In this document: piece after piece, positions 19,676 through 28,202 of the stretch
Layout: every line of letters begins with the position of its first letter
How positions within the stretch are numbered: the stretch's first letter is position 1
Assembly (NCBI GenBank): GCA_965284655.1
Contig: OZ260104.1
Span: 2,283,395-2,347,394, forward strand
DNA from: Oceanicaulis sp.
GTDB lineage: Bacteria; Pseudomonadota; Alphaproteobacteria; Caulobacterales; Maricaulaceae
DNA: 64,000 bases
Direction of reading: 5' to 3'
The notes under the pieces: generated by a model
What the model was told of the DNA's origin: nothing
Databases searched by the model: none
The model's input: only the letters and a program-made list of their open reading frames with translations
Position numbers and translations under genes: made by a program

Positions 19676-20413
19676 TCAGGCAGCCAGACTGTGCTGTCTG
19701 ACTAATGCAAACCGGTCTCCGAAATCACGACGCGCGGGCTTACGCAGCCGGCAGCTGACGCCACTCAGCAAGCGCGGCTTTGCGAAGGTCTTGAAACGGC
19801 CGCGCTGTTTGATTGATCGATCGTGATTGAGTTGGTTCTGGACGCAGGCATGGGTGGCGGCGAACTTCTGCAGACTTCGCATTCGCCGAAGCCGGGCCAT
19901 CGCGCGCTCGCGTCTTCGGAAAGGTCGGATTGAGTTTTCGCCGCTGTTGTTTTCATGCCGGCCCGTGATCCGCCTTGCCGCGTTCCCGATCTCATTCATG
20001 GCTGTCCGGTACGAGCGCAGCGTGTCGGTTACGACTTCTTCGGGGCGGCGGCATCGTTTCATGGCTTTCCTGAGGAATTTCAATGCTGAATCCCTGTCGC
20101 GCGTCCTTGTGACATAGAACTCCAGCGCCTCGCCTTCGTGATCGACGGCCTTCCACAGGTAACCTGTCTCGCCGTTGATCTTTGCGAAGACCTCGTCGAG
20201 ATGGCGCCGCCACCGGATCACCTGGCGAAGCTGCTGGGACCGCCGCTTTTTGATCTCCAGCGCCATCAGCGGACTGAACCGGTTCCGCCAGAAGCGCACC
20301 CTCTCATGGCTTATGTCGATCCGGTGCTCGTGCAGCAGGTCCTCCACTTTCCTCAGCGACAGCGGAAAGCGGACATACATCATCGCCAGACGAATGATTT
20401 CGGACGAAGCCAT
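19676..20413 (-). CDS. IS6-family DDE transposase
   Basis: HLDEVFAKINGE (D), VVTDTLRSY (D), NSGENS (E) and RRMRSLQKFA are characteristic of IS6/IS26-type transposases. The ORF reads through the left inverted repeat. Confidence 0.85.
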   Translation of the reverse strand: MASSEIIRLAMMYVRFPLSLRKVEDLLHEHRIDISHERVRFWRNRFSPLMALEIKKRRSQQLRQVIRWRRHLDEVFAKINGETGYLWKAVDHEGEALEFYVTRTRDRDSALKFLRKAMKRCRRPEEVVTDTLRSYRTAMNEIGNAARRITGRHENNSGENSIRPFRRRERAMARLRRMRSLQKFAATHACVQNQLNHDRSIKQRGRFKTFAKPRLLSGVSCRLRKPARRDFGDRFALVRQHSLAA

Positions 20414-20493
20414 TAAATGCCTGAACGGATTGCTCGTCCGCGAACGCTACGGAGCCGGGCAGGGCGCCTCAAGCGGTCTTCCTCTGACAGAGC
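19693..20493 (-). mobile_element. IS6-family insertion sequence (about 0.8 kb), apparently intact; ends approximate
   Basis: Single transposase ORF. Imperfect terminal inverted repeats share the core TGTC(A/T)GA(C/G)(G/T)AA at 19695..19705 and (reverse complement) 20479..20489. Confidence 0.65.
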
Positions 20494-20510
20494 GGCGGGA
20501 GCGGCTATTC

Positions 20511-22043
20511 CTAGCGGCGCGGATCAAACCAGAGCGCCGCAATGCGTTCACCGTCATCAACCAGTTCGACGGTGTAGCTGATGGTCCATTCCGGCGCGCG
20601 TGAGGCGAGCATGGCGCCGCCGCCCGCCCGGCCGGACATGGGCGCGGGCATCGCGTCCAGCGACAGGCCTGGCGGCAAGGACGCCTCCAGCTCTGCGCGG
20701 TCGGGCAGGTTGGTGGCCCCCATCGCCTGAGCCATGGCCATAGCTTCAGTGATCGAGCCAGACTGCACCGGACCGCTGGCGACCGCCGCCGGCTCGCCCG
20801 GAGCCAGCCCGCGCCCCGTCAGGATAACCGTGCCGCCCTGCCAGCTGAAATGGCCGGCCGCACTACCCGCTGGCAGGTCGCCCGCATCAAGACCCTCACA
20901 CGCCTGTATCACCGTGTGCATGAGGTAATCGGCGTCAAGGCCGCGCAGCCGACCGTCGGCATGGTGAATTTCAAGCTCAGCATGGTCGGTCACCGCGCGT
21001 GCGGGAGCCTCGCCGCTATTGCGGTATGCTGCGTCACCGGCAGCCGCGATTTGCATCATCGTATCGACCGGATCGCCGATCGCCGTGCCAAGCAGATAGT
21101 TTCCGGCCTGCACCGCCGCCCAGCCCGCAGCGCCGCCAGCGCCTCTGGCCAGCGACGGTGCGCGGGCGAAAATCTGTCCGATCTGACGGCCCATCGAAAC
21201 CGCGTCGCTGGCCTGCCCGGCAGCTGTCACCACATCCGCAGCATTTACCAGACCGGGAGCAAAGCTCGCGTGCTCGCCATTGGCGAAGCCCTCCGGAACC
21301 GGGGTGATAGTGCTCCAGTCTATGGGGCCGTTGAACGAATGGTTGATCGTGTTCCAGCGCCGGTTCATGTCCTGATAGGCGTCGAAGGCGAGATCACGCA
21401 GCGCGCCGCAGACGTCTTCCATATCGCTGTCATCAATCTCGCTGGCGCGCGGAAACGCCATGAAATTGAGCGGTGCGACATGGGTTGTCGTCGAATAGTC
21501 CATGCGCAGCATTCCGCGCCCACCCGCATCCTCAACCATCTGGCGATCGTCGCAATAATTGGGTCCGGGCACCCATGACCGGGCTTCGCCGTGGAGGTAT
21601 ATGACAGCGCGTTCAAGCGCCTGGTTGATAACGATCCGGCTGCGTTGCTCGACGCCCATAAAAGGGCCGGCGCCGGTCTCTACCGTCATGGCGACGATAC
21701 GCGTCCGCCCGCGCATGTCGTGATGGCCGCCATTGTCGCAGGTTGGCGGCTCCCCGGCCTGCACATAGGCTGCGCGTACAGATGCGCGAGCAAGGAAATC
21801 ATTGTCGATACCGTTGTCCGAGCCGATTTGCCTGTCCTCCAGCATCGCCTCGTGAAGCCCGGCCCTTACCGGATAAGCCCATGTGCCCTCTTGCTCCTGC
21901 AATGCTGTCATGCCTGGCATGCCCGACTGCTGCATGGCTTCCATCATCGCCTGCGCGTCAGGCGCGGGTTGGGCGGACGCATGAGGAAGGCACAGTGCAA
22001 CAATGCCGGCGGATGCCGCCAGCCGGATATTGAGACAGGACAT
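20511..22043 (-). CDS. secreted hypothetical protein (P5 of the island operon)
   Basis: The ATG at 22043 is preceded by AAGGAGG. Signal peptide MSCLNIRLAASAGIVALCLPHASAQ. No motif recognised in 510 aa. Confidence 0.6.
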   Translation of the reverse strand: MSCLNIRLAASAGIVALCLPHASAQPAPDAQAMMEAMQQSGMPGMTALQEQEGTWAYPVRAGLHEAMLEDRQIGSDNGIDNDFLARASVRAAYVQAGEPPTCDNGGHHDMRGRTRIVAMTVETGAGPFMGVEQRSRIVINQALERAVIYLHGEARSWVPGPNYCDDRQMVEDAGGRGMLRMDYSTTTHVAPLNFMAFPRASEIDDSDMEDVCGALRDLAFDAYQDMNRRWNTINHSFNGPIDWSTITPVPEGFANGEHASFAPGLVNAADVVTAAGQASDAVSMGRQIGQIFARAPSLARGAGGAAGWAAVQAGNYLLGTAIGDPVDTMMQIAAAGDAAYRNSGEAPARAVTDHAELEIHHADGRLRGLDADYLMHTVIQACEGLDAGDLPAGSAAGHFSWQGGTVILTGRGLAPGEPAAVASGPVQSGSITEAMAMAQAMGATNLPDRAELEASLPPGLSLDAMPAPMSGRAGGGAMLASRAPEWTISYTVELVDDGERIAALWFDPRR

Positions 22044-22062
22044 CGAGCGCCTCCTTGACGGT

Positions 22063-23937
22063 CTATTCCAGAGTGACATTGGCGGAACCGCCGGCCGGTA
22101 CGGTCACCGCCGTGCGTTCACCCTGGCCCCATACGATGACATAATCGCCCGCCGGCAGGTCGATCAGCGCCCCCGGACGCCCTTGCGCGACTTCATGGCC
22201 TTCAGCGTCGAGTACAGCGAAGCGGGTGGCCACCGCCTGCAGGAGCGCCTCGCTGAGGGACGCCGCATCCGCCGCGCTGAAATACGCCCCTCCGCCCATT
22301 TCGGCCCAGGCCGCGAACTCGGCCTGCAGCGCCGGGTCATTGATGGCGAAGCCCACAATATTGACGGTGATGTCCCAGTCGCGCTCCCGCAGCGCCGTGA
22401 TCGCGGCGGCTGCGTCACCGTCACACGTCTCTTCGCCATCGGTGAGCAGGATGAGCAGGCGCCTTCCAGTGACATTGGCAAGGTCGGACGCCGCCAGCGC
22501 TACGGATGCGCCTAGCGGAGTGCGCGCCAGATTCATCGCGTTGACGCCATTGATCGTCCGGGCCGCTTCGTCCGGATCCAACGGTCCCAGAGGAATTTCG
22601 AGATCAGTCCGGCAGGAGCCGCTTTCGCGATGCCCGAACACCCGCAGAGCGAACCCGGCGCCGGCTGGAATCGTGTCGGCCACGAGTCCGGCTAGCGTCT
22701 GGCGGGCGATTTCCACGCGGCGTGTTCCGTCAATGCGTTGCAACATGGAGCCCGACGCGTCGAAAATGACACCCACCGCGTCGTCCGGGCCCAGATTGGT
22801 GCGGCCCTGTTCCACCAGAAGGGTTCCCGGCGGTTCGGACGCCGGCAGCACGCGGATCGCGCGGCGTGCCATCTCGCGTCCGCCCCGCGCGGTGTAGATC
22901 AGCTGAAAGTCGCCCTCCTGCGGCGGGGCGATGAGGCGTGTTTGCGCTTCGGCAGGGTCGATATAGCGGTAGGCTAGGCTGGTGTTTTCCTCATCAACGA
23001 CACTGATGATGTCGCCGCGATTGCCGGCGCCGTCCCAGACTGCGGCGAATTCTTCCAGAGCCGTGACCTCATCGGGAGCATCCAGATCGACGCGCGCCTC
23101 GATAATCTCCACTGGAGACCGCCCGATTATTCGTTCACCAGAGATATAGACCACATCCAGCGGGCCGGTTTCGACCGGTGCGGTGAGGGCGGTGGCGCTG
23201 TCCTCGGAATTGCCGGTATAGCCATAGCTGGCGCCGCGGATACGCTCGCCATCACGTTGTGCGAATGTGACCATGTCTTGGGCATTGCGAGGGCCTTCCC
23301 AGATCACGCGCAGCAGTCCGCCAGCATGGATTTGCGCTGGATGGCTCAGCGTCGCCGAAATGGCGCCGACTGTCACCGGGGCACGGGCCAGGATGGTTGA
23401 GCCGCTCACATAGACGAAGTCATATTCGCCTGCGTCCATTGGCGCACGCAGACGGGCCGGGCCGCCTCGCGCGTTGCCGGTATAGAAATAGCTCGATCCG
23501 CGGATCGGATCGCCGTCGCGTTCAGCGAACGTTATGCGGTCACTGCGGCTATCCGGGCCCGTCCAGCCGATTTCGATACTCTCTCCTGCGTCAACGGCCG
23601 CCGGCGCCTCCAGAGCAGCGTCGGGAAGAAACACTGTCAGCGGTCGGCTTGCGCGCACCTCGCGTTCGAACACGTAGACGATCTCGTAGCTGCCCGGCGC
23701 TTCGGGCACATTGACCGCTAGCGGGTTGCTGTTGGCATAGGCATAGGTAGCGCGGCCAGCTCCTGCGGGGCGGATTTCGACAAGCCCTCCGGTGTCCTGC
23801 GGCGCGGTCCAGCTCACCTCGATTGTCTCGCGGATGTGGGCGCGCGCGGGCGCATCCAGCGCGTATTCCTGCGCGCCCGCCATCGCCCACAGGCCGGAAA
23901 AAACTGCGAGCATCGCGGGCAGACCTCTGACAATCAT
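22063..23937 (-). CDS. secreted von Willebrand factor A (VWA/MIDAS) protein with four N-terminal tandem domains (P4)
   Basis: Signal peptide. Four ~85-aa repeats. MIDAS residues DASGSM (aa 393-398), T473 (ARTPLG) and LLTDGEE (D500). C-terminal ~55-aa beta-rich tail. Confidence 0.8.
   Translation of the reverse strand: MIVRGLPAMLAVFSGLWAMAGAQEYALDAPARAHIRETIEVSWTAPQDTGGLVEIRPAGAGRATYAYANSNPLAVNVPEAPGSYEIVYVFEREVRASRPLTVFLPDAALEAPAAVDAGESIEIGWTGPDSRSDRITFAERDGDPIRGSSYFYTGNARGGPARLRAPMDAGEYDFVYVSGSTILARAPVTVGAISATLSHPAQIHAGGLLRVIWEGPRNAQDMVTFAQRDGERIRGASYGYTGNSEDSATALTAPVETGPLDVVYISGERIIGRSPVEIIEARVDLDAPDEVTALEEFAAVWDGAGNRGDIISVVDEENTSLAYRYIDPAEAQTRLIAPPQEGDFQLIYTARGGREMARRAIRVLPASEPPGTLLVEQGRTNLGPDDAVGVIFDASGSMLQRIDGTRRVEIARQTLAGLVADTIPAGAGFALRVFGHRESGSCRTDLEIPLGPLDPDEAARTINGVNAMNLARTPLGASVALAASDLANVTGRRLLILLTDGEETCDGDAAAAITALRERDWDITVNIVGFAINDPALQAEFAAWAEMGGGAYFSAADAASLSEALLQAVATRFAVLDAEGHEVAQGRPGALIDLPAGDYVIVWGQGERTAVTVPAGGSANVTLE
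22843..23865 (-). repeat. four tandem ~85-aa protein-domain repeats inside P4
   Basis: Recurrent pattern L(D/E)AP..V.AG..I.(V/I).W.GP....D.I.......G..I....Y.YTG.......L.AP...G.Y...Y......I..R.P(V/L).V, read from the translation (aa ~25-365). Confidence 0.6.
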
Positions 23938-23952
23938 GGCCTCATCCTTCGC

Positions 23953-24951
23953 TCAAGGTTCGACAAATCGGTAATGCTGGTGGCTGCGATACGCCGAGCC
24001 GTTCCAGTAGATGCTGTAAAGTTCCTTTTCGAAGCGCTCGAGTACGAGCACATCGCCGACCGTCTCCGGCCGCGGCGCTTCGCCGTCCCAGCCGGTCATC
24101 ACCGCATCAATCGGCGCCACCCGCCAGGCCTCCACCGAGCCAAAAAGCCCATCGTCCATGGGCGAGCCCGGAACCGGGCCATCAACGCCCAACACGTCCA
24201 GCCAGGCGCCGGCCCGGCAGATGGCTACGCCACGCGCGCCATCAGAAATGCGGCGCACGAAGACAGCCTGATCATGGGCGTCATCGCCATCGAAATCGCC
24301 GCCAACCATCCGCGGCGCAATGCGCGCATCGAGCGCATACTGCGCGTCAAGCCCGCATCCGCGAATGATCTCGACCTCCTCGGGCAGGAATTCGAGACCG
24401 CCGGCATCGGCTTCGGCAGCCATGTCCTCGTCGGTCTTCGGCCACATCAGGCAGGCGGAGTATTGCAGATAGCCGATGCTGGCCTGTTCACCGGCGCCGA
24501 GATCGGACAACGCCATCTCCTCGATCCGCAGCCAGCCCATCCCGGTCGCCGGTTCGCCGTCGCCTGGCGGATTGAAGGTGAAGACGCGTTCATGCTGGGG
24601 CGCATTCACCTCGCCGGCATTCGCGCCCGTATTGTCTGTATTGCGGAAATGCCAGCCGTAAAGCTCACGCGGTTCGGGCAGGCCGCCCCGCATGGGCGAG
24701 ACTGGCAAAAGATCATTGTCCGCGTCATCAAGCACCAGTATCCGCCAGCCCCAACGCGCCCGGGAAAGCCCCAGGCGCAAACCGTCGGCCACCGGCTCGA
24801 CAAAGTTGTGACCGCCATAAGCCTCACCGGTTATTGGAACGGCATGAAGTGCGGGGCGTCCTTCGCAACTGAGCGTCTGGGCGGCGGAATGGCCAGTGCA
24901 GACCAGCCCCGCCAGTCCGGCGATAACCGCAATGCGCCAGCAGCTCGCCAT
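23953..24951 (-). CDS. secreted hypothetical protein with a DFDGDD (FG-GAP/VCBS-like) motif (P3)
   Basis: Signal peptide MASCWRIAVIAGLAGLVCTGHSAAQ. GGDFDGDDAHDQAV motif. 3-nt gap from P2 and 15 nt from P4. Confidence 0.6.
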   Translation of the reverse strand: MASCWRIAVIAGLAGLVCTGHSAAQTLSCEGRPALHAVPITGEAYGGHNFVEPVADGLRLGLSRARWGWRILVLDDADNDLLPVSPMRGGLPEPRELYGWHFRNTDNTGANAGEVNAPQHERVFTFNPPGDGEPATGMGWLRIEEMALSDLGAGEQASIGYLQYSACLMWPKTDEDMAAEADAGGLEFLPEEVEIIRGCGLDAQYALDARIAPRMVGGDFDGDDAHDQAVFVRRISDGARGVAICRAGAWLDVLGVDGPVPGSPMDDGLFGSVEAWRVAPIDAVMTGWDGEAPRPETVGDVLVLERFEKELYSIYWNGSAYRSHQHYRFVEP

Positions 24952-24954
24952 CGG

Positions 24955-25431
24955 TCAGTTCGTGTTCAGTGCGGCGATCGCCACAGCTGTGCCGCCATTG
25001 TTGGGCATCAGATTGACGGTCGCGATCCGCCCGTCCTTTTCAAATCTGAGCACCTGTGTCGCGGCCGACGGATCCCCTTGGCTGACTTCAGTCCAGCCGA
25101 GCCCGGCCATCTCGTCTTGGTAGAAGCGGGCGATGGTGCTCGCCGAATCCATGGATGTGGCCGCCACCGAAAAGCCCATGCCCGGAAGAGCGTTGGCGCC
25201 GTAGATGTTCAGGCTGTCAGGGACGGGAATATCACCGGGAAAGCCGTCCGGAAGATCCAGATTAGCCCCAGCCTGCGAGCGGACACCGCCAACATTACGG
25301 TCGGTCACCACCATCTCGCCGCCACCATCACCGGCCACATCCGCCTGTGACGGCGCCGGTGCTTCGCCGCATGCCGACAGCGGGACGGTCAGCAGGCACG
25401 CCAGTGACAAAACCCCAAGCATCGATCTCAT
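24955..25431 (-). CDS. small lipoprotein (P2)
   Basis: The ATG at 25431 is preceded by TAAGGAA. MRSMLGVLSLACLLTVPLSAC carries the lipobox LSAC. The track ORF starts at a GTG at 25464, overlapping the P1 stop. Confidence 0.6.
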   Translation of the reverse strand: MRSMLGVLSLACLLTVPLSACGEAPAPSQADVAGDGGGEMVVTDRNVGGVRSQAGANLDLPDGFPGDIPVPDSLNIYGANALPGMGFSVAATSMDSASTIARFYQDEMAGLGWTEVSQGDPSAATQVLRFEKDGRIATVNLMPNNGGTAVAIAALNTN

Positions 25432-25460
25432 GATATTATTCCTTATAGAGGAGGCCAGCT

Positions 25461-25814
25461 TCACGCAGACCCTATCCCCAGTGGAGAAGTGGGAGTTACA
25501 GGAGCAGCTGGCGCGGCGCCTTCAGGGCCGAGGTCCGGCGGCATCCGCCAGAACACCCAGGCGGCGATCAGAGCTGTCGCCATGGCGAACACGATCACCA
25601 GCCCGCCAAGCCATTTCATGCTGGCGCGCCAGCCGAACACGACGGCGATGACAGCAGTGGCCAGGGCGCCGGCCAGCCCGAAAACCATCGCGTCCGCCGG
25701 TCCGGCGAGGCCCCGGCCCTCAGGCACCAGATACCACGCACCGATCGCCGTCCCGGCCACAAACCCGGCAAACGCAGCCAGTACAAAAAGAAGGACCAGA
25801 AGGACCAGGCGCAT
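25461..25814 (-). CDS. small integral membrane protein, ~3 TM helices (P1)
   Basis: 117 aa with three long hydrophobic stretches and a Pro/Ala-rich tail. First gene of the operon. Confidence 0.5.
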   Translation of the reverse strand: MRLVLLVLLFVLAAFAGFVAGTAIGAWYLVPEGRGLAGPADAMVFGLAGALATAVIAVVFGWRASMKWLGGLVIVFAMATALIAAWVFWRMPPDLGPEGAAPAAPVTPTSPLGIGSA

Positions 25815-26094
25815 GATTTGGATATTTCCCCTGCCCGGATGCGCCCGCGGTTCCAGCCGTCTGTCAGCCAGAAAATATATGGTGGCGGATCCGCCCGAAA
25901 ACTGCGGATGGCTTACGCATTAACCACGCTATGATGGGCAATTCTCTGAGCAAAATCAATGCTGATAAATAACACCCGCCAACAGCATTGAAGTCTGTCC
26001 TGTTAAATAGGTAAAAATCTCTTATTTATCGGAAGTATAGGTTGCTTTCGATTTAAAGTGAACGCCATTCACCGGGAGAGGGGTGACGGGCCCT

Positions 26095-26516
26095 GCCAGT
26101 GCTGTCCCATGGCTTTCTTGCGAAATTTCAATGCGGAGTTTTTGTCCCCGGTCTTGGTGACGAAGGACTCTGGCGCTTCGCCCTCGTGATCGACGGCGCG
26201 CCACGGGTCGTGGGTCCCGCCTTTGATCTTCACGAAAACCTCGTCGAGATGCCAACGGCGCGTGTGACCTGCGGGGTGGTGTCAGACGAACCCGAACAGG
26301 TCTCCGAAACCCCGACGCGTAGGCTCGGGCGGCCAATAGCTGACACCGCTCGGCGAGCGCCGCGTTGCAGACGTCTTTGAAGCGAGGCCGGGGTTCGAGG
26401 GATCGCTCGTGATTGAAGTGATTGTCGACTTAGGGCGTGAGCGACGACGAACTTCTGCAGACAGTGTCGGGGTGTTTCGGGTGATAATCCGAGCCGCGCG
26501 AAATCTGCGGGGTGGG
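26095..26516 (-). mobile_element. two juxtaposed decayed fragments of the same IS6-family element
   Basis: 26100..26265 aligns by eye with the mid-transposase region (20040..20220). 26278..26470 aligns with the left end plus transposase C-terminus (19693..19880), including the TGTCAGACGAA repeat core at 26280..26290. Confidence 0.6.
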
Positions 26517-26607
26517 TGGCGGAGAGGATGGGATTCGAACCCACGATACCCTTTTGAGGTATACTCCCTTAGCAGGGGAGCGCCTTCGACCACTCGGCCA
26601 CCTCTCC
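26517..26607 (-). tRNA. tRNA-Ser (anticodon GCU), long variable arm, encoded CCA
   Basis: The reverse complement GGAGAGGTGGCCGAGTGGTCGAAGGCGCTCCCCTGCTAAGGGAGTATACCTCAAAAGGGTATCGTGGGTTCGAATCCCATCCTCTCCGCCA folds as a cloverleaf. Anticodon loop CTGCTAA. Confidence 0.9.
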
Positions 26608-26615
26608 ATCGACGG

Positions 26616-26645
26616 GTGTAGCCGCCTTTGCAAAGCGGGATCAAG
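26616..26645 (-). promoter_or_regulatory. candidate sigma70 promoter of tRNA-Ser (CTTGAT-N17-CTACAC)
   Basis: Matches the alphaproteobacterial CTTGAC-N17-CTATAT pattern. The -10 element ends 8 nt before the tRNA 5' end. Confidence 0.45.
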
Positions 26646-26745
26646 CCGGGCGTGCGGGAAAAGCTGCACAAGAACGAAGCCGAGCGGGGCTGAAGGCGTC
26701 CGGCGGGGCTTTCGCGCGGCCCCGGTCCGGCCTATCTCTCACCTC

Positions 26746-27831
26746 ATGAACGACCTTGTCCTCTCTGCGCTCGCCGCCGTCGCCGACCCGTCCACCGGGG
26801 CGCCGCTTTCCCAAAGTGGCCGTGTGGAGGGCGCCGATCTCAAAGACGGCGTGGCGACCGTCATACTCAAGCCTGCAGCCGCGGATGAGGACTCAGCCGC
26901 CCTGCGCGCCGCGATCCAGACGGCCCTGACGGCTGATCCGGGAATCGAACGCGTGCGCGTCATAATCGAGGCCTCCATCGGCAAGGGCGAAGCCCGGGCG
27001 AAAAAGGCCGAAGCGAAGAAGAGCGATGCCCAGGCGGCGAAACCGCCGGCGCGCGCCGTCATCGCGGTGGCGTCGGGCAAGGGCGGGGTCGGAAAATCCA
27101 CCGTGGCGGCCAATCTGGCGGCCGCCTGCGTGAAGCTCGGCCTGTCGGTGGGCCTGATGGACGCTGATGTCTACGGCCCCAGCGCGCCGCGCCTGTTCGG
27201 CCTCACCGATGCGCCGGGCCTTAAAAAGACCGATGCGGGGATCGAGCCGCTCACGGCCCATGGCGTAAAGCTGGTCTCCATGGGCTTTCTTGTGGGCGAG
27301 CGTGATCCTGTGGTGTGGCGCGGCCCCATGGTCACCGGCGCCATCCGCCAGTTTCTCGGCGAGGTGAACTGGGGCGATCTTGATGTGCTGATCATCGACA
27401 TGCCGCCCGGCACCGGCGACGCCCAGCTGGCCATCGCCCAGGGCACGCCGATTTCAGGCGTGGTGATCGTCTCCACGCCCCAGACCGTGGCGCTGGATGA
27501 CGCAAAGAAAGCCGTCGCCCTGTTTGACCGCACGGCGATCCCGATTCTCGGCCTGATCGAGAATATGAGCTTCTTCCTCTGCCCCCATTGCGGGGAGGGG
27601 ACCGAGATCTTTGGGCGCGGCGGCGCGCGGGCCGAAGCCGAACTCATCGGCGCGCCGTTCCTCGGCGAGATCCCGCTGCACCCGGAGCTTCGCGAAGCCA
27701 GCGACGCGGGCCGGCTGGTGGCCAGCGGCGACGGGCCGGTGGCCAAGGCCTTCCACCGCGCCGCCGAGGCCATGATGCACCAAGTGCAGGCAGTGCAGCG
27801 TCCCGCACCGGAAATCGTTTTTGAAGACTAG
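26746..27831 (+). CDS. apbC: Fe-S cluster carrier ATPase Mrp/ApbC (NBP35 family)
   Basis: ATG at 26746 (the track ORF begins inside the tRNA). P-loop ASGKGGVGKST and CPHC motif. Confidence 0.9.
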   Translation: MNDLVLSALAAVADPSTGAPLSQSGRVEGADLKDGVATVILKPAAADEDSAALRAAIQTALTADPGIERVRVIIEASIGKGEARAKKAEAKKSDAQAAKPPARAVIAVASGKGGVGKSTVAANLAAACVKLGLSVGLMDADVYGPSAPRLFGLTDAPGLKKTDAGIEPLTAHGVKLVSMGFLVGERDPVVWRGPMVTGAIRQFLGEVNWGDLDVLIIDMPPGTGDAQLAIAQGTPISGVVIVSTPQTVALDDAKKAVALFDRTAIPILGLIENMSFFLCPHCGEGTEIFGRGGARAEAELIGAPFLGEIPLHPELREASDAGRLVASGDGPVAKAFHRAAEAMMHQVQAVQRPAPEIVFED

Positions 27832-27837
27832 GAGATC

Positions 27838-28191
27838 GTGATGGAGAACTGGACGCCGGAACAGGTCGCAGAGGCGCTTGAGAAAGGCGAGATCATTCTC
27901 GTCGATGTGCGCGAGCCGGCCGAGTATGAGCAAGAGCGCATTCGCGGCGCGCTGCTCTACCCGCTCTCCACATTTGATCTCAGCGGGCTGCCGGTGGGGC
28001 AGGGGCGCAAGGTGGTCCTGCACTGCAAGGTCGGCGGCCGGTCCGCTCAGGCGGTGAACGCCTGCATGGTCGCCGGCCTGGACGTCACCGCTCACATGGA
28101 CGGCGGCATGGGAGCCTGGAAGGCGGCGGGGCTGTCTTACTTCCGGATCGACCCGGCCACCGGGCGCATGGAGGAGGCGGCGAGCGCATAG
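27838..28191 (+). CDS. rhodanese-domain sulfurtransferase
   Basis: 117 aa. Active-site loop HCKVGGRS. Confidence 0.8.
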   Translation: MMENWTPEQVAEALEKGEIILVDVREPAEYEQERIRGALLYPLSTFDLSGLPVGQGRKVVLHCKVGGRSAQAVNACMVAGLDVTAHMDGGMGAWKAAGLSYFRIDPATGRMEEAASA

Positions 28192-28202
28192 CCGTCTCGC
28201 CT

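Noticed and set aside
19629-19692. Direct repeat of the tRNA-Ser 3' end (att-type duplication) at the far side of the island
   Set aside because: I could not find any copy of TGGCGGAGAGGATGGGATTCGAACC or its parts here. There is also no integrase, so a classical tRNA-integrating island is not supported.
23836-25350. 504-aa plus-strand ORF across the island operon
   Set aside because: It is antisense to P2, P3 and P4, which have signal peptides, SD sequences and a MIDAS motif. The composition is Arg/His/Gly-rich and no motif is present.
25813-25923. 36-aa plus-strand ORF (MIWIFPLPGC...) divergent from P1
   Set aside because: It has no SD, starts inside the P1 start codon region, and nothing supports it beyond being open.
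26512-26745. N-terminal 78 aa of the 439-aa ORF that contains apbC
   Set aside because: This part is the antisense of tRNA-Ser and its promoter. The ApbC homology starts at the ATG at 26746.
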